Origin: Candidatus Latescibacterota bacterium
GTDB taxonomy: Bacteria; Latescibacterota; UBA2968
Length of the DNA stretch: 64,000 nt
Assembly (NCBI GenBank): GCA_965207885.1
Contig: OZ242311.1
Location: 3,264,001-3,328,000, forward strand
Direction of reading: 5' to 3'
Shown: in pieces, positions 29,104 to 39,623 of the stretch
Numbering within the stretch: position 1 is the first letter of the stretch
Layout of the letters: the number at the start of each line of letters is the position of its first letter
Notes under the pieces: generated by a model
The model's database searches: none
What the model saw: only the letters and a program-made list of their open reading frames with translations
What the model was told of the DNA's origin: nothing
Position numbers and translations under genes: made by a program

Positions 29104-30222
29104 TCAAGTCCCCTGCCGCGAATTTTGAATTTTTTCTTGCAATTTTTCAAAGTACAAGTCCCGGTCAACGGGAATATCGACCCAATCGTCCAGCCAGGAA
29201 GACAAAAGCATCGCATTTGATAATTCAATGCCGTGAATGCCTTCAACCCCGGGCGCGAGCAATGGGCTCCCATTCAATATGGCGTCACACCAGTTGTTAA
29301 TTATACCGCGGTGCGCCCCGCCATCTTCGCCGAGAGGAATATCGAGCTTTTCCAACCTGGGTTTGCCAAATCCGCCCGTATATCCCCGAGAGAATTCACT
29401 CAGGGAAACGTTCGAACGCCACCACACAATTTTATTGTTTTCCATAACCACCTTGCCGCGATCCGTCGCTATCTCCAGGCGATTACTTCCGGGAAACTCC
29501 CCAGTCGTGGTAATGAACACGCCCGTCGCACCGCTGTCGTATTCCACATACGCAGTGACATCGTCATCCACTTCAATATCGTGATATTTGCCATAGCTGA
29601 TAAAAGCTCGCACGCGTGAGGGCATCCCGCAGATCCACTGCCACAGATCCAAATTATGCGGGCACTGATTCATCAACACACCGCCCCCCTCGCCCGACCA
29701 GGTCGCGCGCCATTCGCCCTTATCGTAATAACTTTGAGCGCGAAACCAGTTTGTGACGATATAATTCGTGCGCTGAATATCTCCCAATTCGCCAGAAGCC
29801 ACCAATTCTCGCAATTTTTGATGGTGTGGGCGAGTTCGCTGATTGAACATCAGGGCAAACACTTTGCCACTTTTTTCAGCGGCCTCATTCATCTCATAGA
29901 CTTGCCTGGTATATACGCCTGCGGGTTTCTCGATCAATACATGCAAATCGTTCTCAAATCCCTTTATCGCATAAGTCGGATGATCGTAATGCGGCGTCGC
30001 CACAATAATCGCATCAACAGCTCCCGAAGTGATCAGGTCATCGCCATTGTCGAATGTCCGCACGTTTTCCCCGAGAGTTTCACGCGCCCACTGAATCCTA
30101 TTCGGATCGACATCGCAGACCGCTATCAATTCACCATGCGGAATATCGTCCTCCGCAAAATACTTCGCGTGACCTCCCCCTCTGCCGCCAATGCCAATAA
30201 TGCCAACTCTCACCTTTTCCAT
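29104..30222 (-). CDS. Gfo/Idh/MocA oxidoreductase
   Basis: GIIGIG, EKP, GGGVLMNQCPHNLD. Confidence 0.92.
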   Translation of the reverse strand: MEKVRVGIIGIGGRGGGHAKYFAEDDIPHGELIAVCDVDPNRIQWARETLGENVRTFDNGDDLITSGAVDAIIVATPHYDHPTYAIKGFENDLHVLIEKPAGVYTRQVYEMNEAAEKSGKVFALMFNQRTRPHHQKLRELVASGELGDIQRTNYIVTNWFRAQSYYDKGEWRATWSGEGGGVLMNQCPHNLDLWQWICGMPSRVRAFISYGKYHDIEVDDDVTAYVEYDSGATGVFITTTGEFPGSNRLEIATDRGKVVMENNKIVWWRSNVSLSEFSRGYTGGFGKPRLEKLDIPLGEDGGAHRGIINNWCDAILNGSPLLAPGVEGIHGIELSNAMLLSSWLDDWVDIPVDRDLYFEKLQEKIQNSRQGT

Positions 30223-30250
30223 AATGCCAACACCTCCTTTAAATCTGTCA

Positions 30251-32665
30251 TCATCGCCCCTCGTGCTGCCGATTAAGTTGCGCCTTCAATGCGTTTTCCA
30301 TCGCTTCGGTCGCAATAAAAAAATTATCGGGATAACGCGCATGTTCCAAAAGTGCCGTATAAATCGCATCTGCCTCATAGTTATTCAAACCCAACCCGGC
30401 CAAATACTGGAGCCGCATATTGCGATCCAGATTGATCTGCGCATCTGTGAGCCATTCATCCAGATCATGCGCGCGCCCGGCGTATGTCGAAAGCAGCGCG
30501 ACAGATGATCCCAGAGACACCTCATCAAGCGAGTACCACACCTCCGTGTAATCCTCGCGATCCAAACGCTCCTGCAAAGCATCGACATCGACGGATAGAG
30601 GTCCCTCTTGTCCCAACAGCACAACATCATACCCTTCGCCATCATCTTGATTGCCCCAAATTGTCCCGTGCGGAAACACCTCAAAAAAAGTCGCTATCTC
30701 GCTCTTCACCGCATCTAACCGCGACTCGTAAAGTGGAACCCATTGCGTAATAACACCTCCGGGATTCAAACGCTCTTTGCACAATTCAAAATACTCTTTC
30801 GAATACAGCGCGCCAGCACCCTTAACCCAGGGGTGAATCGGGTCTGACGTAATAATATCGAATTTCTCATCTGTTGCCAGAAGATAATGTCGCGCATCGT
30901 CAATAATGATCGCCACCCGGGGATCATTTAACACATCGTAGTTCTCTGGACCAAAATACACATCGGCTGCTGGCGGAATCAACGGCTCGATCTCGCAGAT
31001 GACAATGCGTTCAACACTCGGATATAAAACATAAGTTCCCGCCGTCACCCCCGCACCACACCCAACCACGAGCACAGAACGCGGTTCCCTGTGCATCAAT
31101 GCAGAAAGATGCCCCAACAGGCGCTGCAAACGCATATCCTGTGGCTCGCTGGAAGCCACAATTTTTCCACTAACGTGAAAATTCCGCACGCCATTGTCCA
31201 ACTCAGACACCGCAACCGATGCATTCATCCCTTCACCCACGTAAATATATGTCGCGTCCTCTCCCCAATCGAGAAGCGAACGCCCGTAAGCAATCAGCGA
31301 TGGCGGCGGTCCCGGCATACTCCACACCAGCAAAGAAACCCCCACCACAACGCCAACCCACCGATCTGACCTGACCCTTCTATCCCCATCTCTCACCTGC
31401 CACAAACTGCGCCCAAACATCAAAACGGCCCCAAATGCAGAAAGGATAAGTAACACCTGTTGCGCTATCTGCGTCCCCAAAAGCGCGATCAAAACCACAC
31501 TAAAACCGAGTGCCCCCACAATTGCACCTGCCGTATTGGCCGCATACACACTGCCAGCCAGCGCGCCGGGATCGCGCCCCTGTAAACGCGCCGCAGCAAG
31601 CGCCAGAGGAAAACTCATGCCCCACAGCATAGTCGCGGGGAAAATAGCCACAAAACAACGCAGCAAATCCAATTGAAATTGCACTGCATAAGTCCCCCCC
31701 GATGTCCAATAGGGAAGCAACTGAGAAAGCGCATAAGCCGCCCAGGCAATTGCGCCAACAAGAAGAAGCTGGCACCACCCAAGTGCGATTTTGGAATTTA
31801 CTTTTGTGCGTGCAAAATATGCCCCCACACTACTACCCACACCCAGCCCGATCAGAAAAACCCCCAGGATAATTGAAAAAGCGTAAACAGTTGCACCCAT
31901 CATAAGCGATAGCAACCGCGTCCAAATTACCTGAGCACCCAGCGCGCACACGCCGGAAATTGCAATCGTCACATAAACTCGCCAGGCCTCTATCATCCAC
32001 AAACTGCGCGTGGTCGTCTTTCCCATTGACGCATCGTATTCAGCCCATTTTGCCAACCCATACCCGACAAGTGCCACGGCTAAATTGAGCGCGACCGCCA
32101 CATAAGTCGCCGTAACTACATCGTACAGACGCAAAAGATAAAACCCCGCAAACAAACACCCGCAAACAGCACCGGCAATATTGCCTCCATAAAAAAAACC
32201 AAGCCACGAAACACCGCGAGGCGTTGACTCTGTCCACCGCGCTATCGCAGGCAGGGTCGCACCCATCAACACTGTGGGGAAAAAAAGACAGATCGCACAA
32301 ACAATCCCCCGCAAGAAATGTCCCCAAAAGCCATAAGTTGCTACACCGATATAAATCGTGCCGATCAAGGGCAGAACGAAGAGCAAAATCAGGCCCGCGA
32401 CGCCAATGCCCAACTCCAAAAGCGCATAGACCTTTAACGGATGGTAGCGCGTTGAAATAATGCGCGAAAGCATCACACTGCCAACGCACATCCCGCCCAT
32501 AAACGTACCCAGTAATATGCCCAGAGAAATTGCCGAAGATCCGATAATCAGTTGCAACATCTGAAACCAGACAATTTCGTAAATGAGCGCAGCGCATCCA
32601 CTTCCCACAAAGAGGATAATTAGAAAAGGCAGAAATTTACGGTTTGCGTTTATCGTATCGCTCAT
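30251..32665 (-). CDS. Fused MFS / spermidine-synthase-like protein
   Basis: Two SG..AL.YEIVW-type TM repeats plus LVVGCGAGVT, CEIEP, DDARHY, DIITSDPIHPW. Confidence 0.9.
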   Translation of the reverse strand: MSDTINANRKFLPFLIILFVGSGCAALIYEIVWFQMLQLIIGSSAISLGILLGTFMGGMCVGSVMLSRIISTRYHPLKVYALLELGIGVAGLILLFVLPLIGTIYIGVATYGFWGHFLRGIVCAICLFFPTVLMGATLPAIARWTESTPRGVSWLGFFYGGNIAGAVCGCLFAGFYLLRLYDVVTATYVAVALNLAVALVGYGLAKWAEYDASMGKTTTRSLWMIEAWRVYVTIAISGVCALGAQVIWTRLLSLMMGATVYAFSIILGVFLIGLGVGSSVGAYFARTKVNSKIALGWCQLLLVGAIAWAAYALSQLLPYWTSGGTYAVQFQLDLLRCFVAIFPATMLWGMSFPLALAAARLQGRDPGALAGSVYAANTAGAIVGALGFSVVLIALLGTQIAQQVLLILSAFGAVLMFGRSLWQVRDGDRRVRSDRWVGVVVGVSLLVWSMPGPPPSLIAYGRSLLDWGEDATYIYVGEGMNASVAVSELDNGVRNFHVSGKIVASSEPQDMRLQRLLGHLSALMHREPRSVLVVGCGAGVTAGTYVLYPSVERIVICEIEPLIPPAADVYFGPENYDVLNDPRVAIIIDDARHYLLATDEKFDIITSDPIHPWVKGAGALYSKEYFELCKERLNPGGVITQWVPLYESRLDAVKSEIATFFEVFPHGTIWGNQDDGEGYDVVLLGQEGPLSVDVDALQERLDREDYTEVWYSLDEVSLGSSVALLSTYAGRAHDLDEWLTDAQINLDRNMRLQYLAGLGLNNYEADAIYTALLEHARYPDNFFIATEAMENALKAQLNRQHEGR

Positions 32666-33816
32666 CGCTTTTCGTCCGCAAGCTGTCGCATCGCCGCAGA
32701 ATGGCTCACACCTTCAGCCCGCAGCCGCCTGTAAGCTGCTTCATCCATCCCCTCGGGATTGAGAAATGCGCGAATATCGTATCGACCGGGAACTGCGACG
32801 GGCAATTTGCCCTCTTCGATCATCAATTGCAGCGGATAGCCCATTTCCTCAAGTGGTAGATGCACAACCCGATGTTGCCGCGCCGATTCAAAAAGCGCCA
32901 TCATAATCTCGACAGTTGCACGCGCCTTGTGTCCCGAAGCGCGGTGTTCTTCGCCCCCTTCTAACCAGGCGATCAACTCGCGCACAGAAGCGGCATTGGT
33001 CTCGCCACCAATTGCGCGATACCCCCCGTCTGCTACAACTTCCACATCTTCCCATCCATCGGTCGTTGCATTGAATACGCGAATCGAGTTTTCGGTCACC
33101 TCCATCAAACCCTCTGAGCCGCGAATCTGAAAATGCCCTGCCTGTTCACCGGGCCTGTTTAAATCCGCCTGAATCAAAGCCTGAGCGCCATTGGCAAACG
33201 CGACCAAACCCATACACGCATCCTCAATCGCCGTATCGCGCTCAAAGCGGTCGGTCTGCCGCTCGACAGCACCCATCACCCACTCGGCCTCTGGATCGTC
33301 CAGCACGAAACGAATGCCATCGATGGTATGCGTCGCCCAGTTGATCAACCCCTGCGCGACCTGTCCATGCACCATTATGACGTCACCGATAACCTTCTCG
33401 CGCACCAAATCCCGCGCTTTTTCCCAACCGGGCGTAAAACGCCGCTGATGACTGACCACCAGCTTTGTCCCATTTTTTTCACACGCATCCAGCATGCGAT
33501 CTGCCTCGCCAAGACCAATCGCCATAGGCTTTTCACAAATAACACCTGGCACACCGCCATTCGCCGCACCAATGGTACAATCCGGATGGAGAAGATGCCA
33601 TGTACAAACGCTGACGATATCGAGTCCTTCGTTTGCGACCATCTCCTCAAGCGAAGCATAGGCTTTGGGAATGCCAAACTCTTCGCAAAATTGCTCTCGC
33701 GCAACCGGATGGGGATCGGCAACCGCCACCATCTCTGCATTGGCAACGCGCAAATACCCATCGGCGTGACTGCGCGCAATTGAACCGCATCCAATAATAC
33801 CGACTCTGTAAGTCAT
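32662..33816 (-). CDS. Gfo/Idh/MocA oxidoreductase
   Basis: GIIGCGSIA, CEKPMA, HQRRF. Confidence 0.9.
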   Translation of the reverse strand: MTYRVGIIGCGSIARSHADGYLRVANAEMVAVADPHPVAREQFCEEFGIPKAYASLEEMVANEGLDIVSVCTWHLLHPDCTIGAANGGVPGVICEKPMAIGLGEADRMLDACEKNGTKLVVSHQRRFTPGWEKARDLVREKVIGDVIMVHGQVAQGLINWATHTIDGIRFVLDDPEAEWVMGAVERQTDRFERDTAIEDACMGLVAFANGAQALIQADLNRPGEQAGHFQIRGSEGLMEVTENSIRVFNATTDGWEDVEVVADGGYRAIGGETNAASVRELIAWLEGGEEHRASGHKARATVEIMMALFESARQHRVVHLPLEEMGYPLQLMIEEGKLPVAVPGRYDIRAFLNPEGMDEAAYRRLRAEGVSHSAAMRQLADEKR

Positions 33817-33825
33817 AGCGAATCC

Positions 33826-34851
33826 TTATCCTGTTTTACGCAACCATTCCTCCAGCCACAATCCCGGATTTTCTGCACTCGCACACCTCCGCAAAACCTC
33901 AACCGTAGCTTTCAAATCATTATCACACGCCAGATATACGCGCGCAAATACATCTGTGCGCTCCCGGTAAACCCGGTAAAGAGCCATCCGCGCATTGTTG
34001 AGTTCCCACGAAGGAAATCGGGCATATAGCTCAGTCTTAAGAGGGAGAGTGCGAAACTCTGTGCGTGCGAAATCGAAAATCTGCTGGCGGAGCGTTATTT
34101 TCTGGGGAGAATCGGACTGGTAAAGTGAATCAAGGCGGGAGGCAATATCGCGCATAAATTTGAGAAAAACAACACCATCTGCACGCTCGTCAAGCACCCG
34201 ACGCACTACTTCGGAATCTGTACCGTATTTGCGCTGCAACCACATCAATGCCCCGGCTTCACCGACAAAACTCGCCAGACTCTCATTAAAGGTAACATCC
34301 CCTTCAATCCACACAGTTGCATGCGTCAACTCGTGAATGATGAGATCGACCAGATTGCCTTCGGAATAGCGCAACATAGAGCTCAATACCGGATCTGAAA
34401 ACCACCCCAGCGTGCTATATGCGCCCACTGGTCGCAAATAGGTGTCATACCCCTCAGCCACATATTGATCGCGCGCTTCCTCAGCTTTTGCGCGATCAAA
34501 ATATCCCCGGTAGGGAACCGCGCCCACAACAGGGTAAGACCACTCGAGCGGTTCGAGGCGATCTTTGGGGCAAACAACGAGATTCCACGACACCGGCCCG
34601 CGCTCGATATCGACATACGTAGTGTAATTTTTCGAGGTATTCAGACCAATTTCGCGTTGGGCAAACGCGCGAATAGCCTGCACGAGTTCCAATTTTGCGC
34701 GCTGATCGGGCGAAAGCTTTCCCGCCTCCAGCACTTTTTCAATGGATTCTGCTCGCCACAGAAGCGCGACCTGCCCTTTGAGCAACTGATAGAGATACCC
34801 GATCTCGGATCCGAGCGCGAGAATGAGCAGAAACCCAAATAGTCGAACCAT
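33826..34851 (-). CDS. Putative zinc aminopeptidase (DUF2265-like)
   Basis: VPYRGYF, AYSTLGWFSDP, HELTH...NES gluzincin motif. Confidence 0.85.
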   Translation of the reverse strand: MVRLFGFLLILALGSEIGYLYQLLKGQVALLWRAESIEKVLEAGKLSPDQRAKLELVQAIRAFAQREIGLNTSKNYTTYVDIERGPVSWNLVVCPKDRLEPLEWSYPVVGAVPYRGYFDRAKAEEARDQYVAEGYDTYLRPVGAYSTLGWFSDPVLSSMLRYSEGNLVDLIIHELTHATVWIEGDVTFNESLASFVGEAGALMWLQRKYGTDSEVVRRVLDERADGVVFLKFMRDIASRLDSLYQSDSPQKITLRQQIFDFARTEFRTLPLKTELYARFPSWELNNARMALYRVYRERTDVFARVYLACDNDLKATVEVLRRCASAENPGLWLEEWLRKTG

Positions 34852-34860
34852 GCATAATGC

Positions 34861-35415
34861 TCACTGTTCCATGAAATAATAACAGATCATGTGTTGCAAA
34901 ATAAGATGCATATCTTCGATATGCCCCATGTGGTCAGAGGGGATCACCACGCAATGTTGAACGAGTTCTCTCAGCTTTCCTCCTTCAAATCCCGTAAACC
35001 CAATGGTGACACAGCCAACCTCGTTGGCATATCGCACCGCCCGCAACACATTTTCGGAATTTCCACTGCCGCTTATCGCCAGCAAAACATCGCCGGATTC
35101 TGCAAAATTTTTCAATTGCTCGACATACACATCTTCGTAACACAAATCATTGCTCAGCGCCGTCATCCATTCGACATTATCCGTCAGCGGAATCGTCTTA
35201 AAGCGCGTTTCGCGCCCAATTGAAGCGCCCTTGCCCATATCGTTCACAAAATGCGACGCCGTACTCGCACTGCCTCCATTCCCGATGGCGTAAATTCTCT
35301 TGCGCGCATCTCTCGCCTTGCCAAACTCGGCAATAATACGGGCTATCGCCCCGGCATCCAGCGACTTGAGCAAGGTCAAATTTTGCGCGATATAATTCTC
35401 GACAAAAACCTCCAT
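34861..35415 (-). CDS. SIS-domain phosphoheptose isomerase-like (GmhA family)
   Basis: GNGGSA, AISGSGNSENV, EDMH. Confidence 0.88.
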   Translation of the reverse strand: MEVFVENYIAQNLTLLKSLDAGAIARIIAEFGKARDARKRIYAIGNGGSASTASHFVNDMGKGASIGRETRFKTIPLTDNVEWMTALSNDLCYEDVYVEQLKNFAESGDVLLAISGSGNSENVLRAVRYANEVGCVTIGFTGFEGGKLRELVQHCVVIPSDHMGHIEDMHLILQHMICYYFMEQ

Positions 35416-35426
35416 CGCAATTCTCC

Positions 35427-36284
35427 TCACGGTGACAGTGCGGCTTGCCAACTCTTATCCAGCGCGTCGTGTGTTGTTTGCACGGCATCTTGCGCCGCCA
35501 TTTCCCGCACCGACTGGCTAAAAGGCTCGGGCGACACTGGACCGTCATAGCCAATTTTTTGCAGCACGCTCAAAAAGCCAACCAGGTCAATTACGCCAGT
35601 CTCGCCCGGCAATGCTCGCTTATTGTCAATCTGATCGCTCACATCAACGCCATCGGGTGCGTCATTGACGTGAACATGCACCACATCGTCGGCAGTCAAC
35701 CCCATCAGATCCGATATGGTCCCCAAACCAGTGTACCAGTGCCAGCAATCGAGAAGCAGCCCCACATTGCCGGTGCCAATCGCCTGGCCAAGCGCGAGCA
35801 TGCCATCCATTGAGTGAATAAACCCATAAGGCTTATCAACCCGCAGAGTGCGAGGCCCGATAAATTCCAGCCCCAGGCTGCATCCATGCTCACCCAAAAT
35901 TTCGGCAATCGGCTTAAAGCGATCAATATGCCACCTGAAATTGTCGCCAAATTTGCGATCTTCAGAAGCAGATGGCACCCACTGAGCAACCCGCGTAGCT
36001 CCTACCGCAGCACCGGCAGCGGCAAACTCTGCCAGCTTTGATAAACCAGCCTTGAACTCGGCTTCATCGCCTCGCCAATTCACAGACAAACCCCACGCGC
36101 CTATTCTCAAACCGGCATCGGCAAACAGCCCTTTCACATGTTCTGCACCATGTGTATTGACCAGAGAAGTAATCTCCTGAATACTGGGATCAACCCCCTG
36201 AAATCCAGCGCGTTTGGCATAGCCGATTAGCTCATCAACGCTTCCCCTTACACCAATAGCACCCGCATTGAGACTTTTAAACAT
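35427..36284 (-). CDS. Sugar phosphate isomerase/epimerase (xylose-isomerase-like TIM barrel)
   Basis: GLEFIG, LDCWHW, HVHVND, YDGPVSPE. Confidence 0.85.
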   Translation of the reverse strand: MFKSLNAGAIGVRGSVDELIGYAKRAGFQGVDPSIQEITSLVNTHGAEHVKGLFADAGLRIGAWGLSVNWRGDEAEFKAGLSKLAEFAAAGAAVGATRVAQWVPSASEDRKFGDNFRWHIDRFKPIAEILGEHGCSLGLEFIGPRTLRVDKPYGFIHSMDGMLALGQAIGTGNVGLLLDCWHWYTGLGTISDLMGLTADDVVHVHVNDAPDGVDVSDQIDNKRALPGETGVIDLVGFLSVLQKIGYDGPVSPEPFSQSVREMAAQDAVQTTHDALDKSWQAALSP

Positions 36285-36310
36285 CGAATACTCCTTTATT
36301 TTATGGGACA

Positions 36311-37402
36311 TCACACCTGGACTCTGTGCTTTTCAACCATCTCGGGATTTAATTCAACGCCCAGCCCTGGGCGATCATTGATATGAATGCGTCCATTCAC
36401 AATCTCCTCACCGGGAATGGTTAGATCTTTCCGCCAGGGAACCTCTCCCCATCCATATTCCAGAATGAGAAATCCGGGCAAAGAAGCCATCGCATGCACG
36501 CCAGCCGCGATCACAACCGGGCCAAAGGGACCGTGTGGCGCAGTGGGCAGTCCCCAGGCGTGGAGCATATCCCCTATTTTTTTCAGCTCACCAATCCCGC
36601 CTACAACCGTCACATCGGGCATGGGAATATCCATGCTGAGATTCTCCACCACCTCAACCCAATCCCGCCGTAACCCCCGCTGCTCGCCTCCCGCAATCGT
36701 CAATCCACATCCTTCTTTTACGGCGAGACAATTATCGAGACTCGCTTCGGGTGTGGGTTGCTCAAACCAGAACAGATTGACATCGCGCAACGCATCCGCC
36801 ACCTCAATCGCGCCGCGAACCGTGAACTTACTGTGACAATCCACGAGCAAATCGACCTCTGGACCTATGATTTCGCGGACCGCCCGCATACACGCAATTC
36901 CCCTTGCAGCGTCTCTGGCATTGTCGGCACCGCGTACCCCGTCAAAAGGGTCCAGCTTGACCGCATCAAACCCCTCTGCCACTGCAGCAGCGGCATTTTT
37001 AGCAAACCCTTCGGGTGACCGGTCCGTCGTCGCCCGATTGATATTTGCATACAACCTGATCTCGTCTCGACATGCACCCCCCAAAAGCGCGTGAACGGGC
37101 ACATTGAGCGATTTGCCCAAAATATCCCACAATGCCTGTTCAAAAGCACTCAAGGCGAACAATTCTACCTTTGTGCGCTCTGTGCTTGTATAGCGCGAAA
37201 CAAAAGCTTCAATCCTTCTCGGATCGCACCCTTTGGCCGTTTCACCCAGATCGCGCAAAGCCGCCAACTGCGCCGCATAATTGCTACCCGAGCGCATCTC
37301 CCCTATTCCCCGGATGCCCTCATCTGTAAGCACATGTACAAACACCCAATCCCCCCGGTGATTGACACGCACGGCGTCGAGTTCAATACCTGTAATTTTC
37401 AT
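36311..37402 (-). CDS. Enolase-superfamily sugar-acid dehydratase (DgoD-like)
   Basis: ALWDILGK, KLDPF, VDCHSK, FEQP, APHGP. Confidence 0.85.
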   Translation of the reverse strand: MKITGIELDAVRVNHRGDWVFVHVLTDEGIRGIGEMRSGSNYAAQLAALRDLGETAKGCDPRRIEAFVSRYTSTERTKVELFALSAFEQALWDILGKSLNVPVHALLGGACRDEIRLYANINRATTDRSPEGFAKNAAAAVAEGFDAVKLDPFDGVRGADNARDAARGIACMRAVREIIGPEVDLLVDCHSKFTVRGAIEVADALRDVNLFWFEQPTPEASLDNCLAVKEGCGLTIAGGEQRGLRRDWVEVVENLSMDIPMPDVTVVGGIGELKKIGDMLHAWGLPTAPHGPFGPVVIAAGVHAMASLPGFLILEYGWGEVPWRKDLTIPGEEIVNGRIHINDRPGLGVELNPEMVEKHRVQV

Positions 37403-37424
37403 TCCAACAACTCCTCGAAAAAGG

Positions 37425-39371
37425 TTAATCCGAAAACGGAATGCTATGCCCCTGCCCCGGAAACCAGATCATATCGACGACAAAGGAAATGCCAGCCCCT
37501 ACAAAATGCCCCATAATAAGCCCGATAAAAAACGGCCGACCAGTGCGATAGGCGCGAATGCCGCCAAGCCGCAAAACAATAGACTTGATCGCCCAGGCGA
37601 GAAAAATTGCAAAAATGACATTATTCACAGGATAAACCGGCCCGGCAGCAAACCCAATCGGATGCAGCGGCCACCACGAGACTCGATAGCGCAAGATCAT
37701 AAAAAGCAGTGTCACTACAGCACCAATACCCATATACATAATGGGCAGCCACTGTACCGAAAAGGGATCTTTCGACTTTTTGACCAGATTATCCCAGGGA
37801 AACCGCGCGAGACCCCCGTGAAAAATACCCCCGTAATTTGCGGCGCCATTCAAATAACCCATATAAATCGTATAGGCAAATGTAGCCACCACCCCTGCGG
37901 CCATCGCCAGAACAATGGGAATAATCAACCTCCGCTGATTGACCCGAATAGTATCGTAAAGCTTTACAGAATGGGCAAGCGCGGGCATGATCGTGGTTTT
38001 GGTATCGCTGCACCAGGAATACGAAAGCGCGATAGAAACCTGCGTCTGCTGCGAAAGCACATCCGAACCCATCACAAACATGGCAAATGGTTGCGGCATC
38101 AGGGGTGCGCGGATAGAAATCAGTCCGGTCTCTGCAATAACCCGCGTAATCCCCAGATACATAACCAGAGCACCAAACAGAAAAATCGGGATATACTTAA
38201 ACGCCATGCCCGTTGCCAAATGCCAGACAATCAGATAGGCAGAGCAGGCTATAATGCCAAAAACCGCTGTGCGATAAGAAACGATCTCATCGGAATCGTC
38301 AACCGAATCATCGCGATAAAATGCCTTGCGAAAAACCCCGTGCAAGTGCCCGCGTGCCATCCAGAAGCCCACGAGCACCACCACAATAAACGCCCCCATG
38401 GATTGCGCACCCATCGCCAGCGGTCCTGTGGAATACTCTTCATCTGTACCAGCTTTTAGGCCAAAACGATTAAAAAAGCCATTTTCCAGATTGGTCAGAA
38501 CATTGAACACCCACAGACTCAGCGAAATATCCAGGTTGATAAAATACCCAAAGCCCACAACCATTAGATATAGCCGCACGGGAATAGGGGGAAATTCGCG
38601 CCCAAACTGAATACTCGCAAAGCGCCAGGGGATCGTCGGAAAAGTCGGACTAAAATAGGAAATGACATTCCACAGGATAATACACAACGTAAGACTGAAA
38701 CCCGCCCAGAACAACGGATTATTCATAATGGGAATTGGAAAAAAGCCCCGCCTATTGTCCTCTTCCATCACGGCTAAAGGCATTTCCATCAGCGGATAAT
38801 CAATGCGCTCGTGCTCAATCCACTGCTTTCGCAGAATAACCATTAAAAAAAGGCAGCAGCCATAAAAAGCTGCAATCACAGTCATCCACCAGAACACGGG
38901 CACAATCCACGCATCCCACGGCACGGGAACTCTGCGCGGTAGCCCTTCAAAAAACCATCGCAGGGGTTCGCCCGCGGGCAGGATAGACCACTCTAGCAAA
39001 TAGGGTTCGTAATAGGTCGCCCACTGATTCTCAGGTGTTGCCAGATAGTACGGCACCGTAAAATTGGCGATCAATTTTCCGACAAAATACGTGGGCATAG
39101 TCGCGCCAATCAGTGCCATAGAAAACATGACAATAAGCTCGCCCCTACTCAGCTTGAGCGGGCGCAAAAGCACGAGCGCGATCACAACAATGGGGAAAAC
39201 AGCAGCGACTGAAAGGTGATTTTGGTCCAACCTCGTAGTGTGAAGAATAAATCTCGCGTAAGACCCGGCAATCGTCGCCATCACCGTGAGAAAAGTACCC
39301 AAAACGAGTGCGCGGAGTGTCACGGCAGGCCTGACAGATTCGGGAATGCTTACTTCTCTTGCTAAAGCCAC
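37425..39371 (-). CDS. DUF6785/DUF6784-type polytopic membrane protein (putative transporter)
   Basis: LRKQWIEHERIDYPL, WWPLHPIGF, RPFFIGLIMG; many TM segments; AAGGAGG RBS. Confidence 0.75.
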   Translation of the reverse strand: MALAREVSIPESVRPAVTLRALVLGTFLTVMATIAGSYARFILHTTRLDQNHLSVAAVFPIVVIALVLLRPLKLSRGELIVMFSMALIGATMPTYFVGKLIANFTVPYYLATPENQWATYYEPYLLEWSILPAGEPLRWFFEGLPRRVPVPWDAWIVPVFWWMTVIAAFYGCCLFLMVILRKQWIEHERIDYPLMEMPLAVMEEDNRRGFFPIPIMNNPLFWAGFSLTLCIILWNVISYFSPTFPTIPWRFASIQFGREFPPIPVRLYLMVVGFGYFINLDISLSLWVFNVLTNLENGFFNRFGLKAGTDEEYSTGPLAMGAQSMGAFIVVVLVGFWMARGHLHGVFRKAFYRDDSVDDSDEIVSYRTAVFGIIACSAYLIVWHLATGMAFKYIPIFLFGALVMYLGITRVIAETGLISIRAPLMPQPFAMFVMGSDVLSQQTQVSIALSYSWCSDTKTTIMPALAHSVKLYDTIRVNQRRLIIPIVLAMAAGVVATFAYTIYMGYLNGAANYGGIFHGGLARFPWDNLVKKSKDPFSVQWLPIMYMGIGAVVTLLFMILRYRVSWWPLHPIGFAAGPVYPVNNVIFAIFLAWAIKSIVLRLGGIRAYRTGRPFFIGLIMGHFVGAGISFVVDMIWFPGQGHSIPFSD

Positions 39372-39435
39372 TTAAAAACCTCCTTCTTACCTTTCTGACC
39401 GCCTAATATAACGCCTTACGAGGGTGCTGCCACAC

Positions 39436-39570
39436 AAAAAACGCCCTTCTCCCGATTCGGTGATCCCAACACAGGGATTCCTACTTGAGAGAAGGGCACA
39501 TGACCTCGAGTCACCCTTGCCCGAGACCATTAAATAATAGAATTATACTGAGTAATACACCTCAGTGCAT
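39436..39570 (-). promoter_or_regulatory. Putative leader-peptide transcription attenuator
   Basis: 20-codon frame MH*GVLLSIILLFNGLGQG* (39570-39511); alternative hairpins; terminator GCCCUUCUC/GAGAAGGGC followed by G and six U. Confidence 0.6.
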
Positions 39571-39623
39571 GCTTCGTTGTAAATATCAATATATTTGTAA
39601 CATTGTGTCAAGAGAAAACGTAT

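Noticed and set aside
37362-38459. 365-aa plus-strand ORF and similar antisense ORFs elsewhere
   Set aside because: Antisense to well-supported genes, with no recognisable domain
39559-39570. Selenocysteine reading of the leader UGA
   Set aside because: The hairpin includes the UGA in its stem rather than lying downstream as a bacterial SECIS does, and no sel genes are in the window; not supportable
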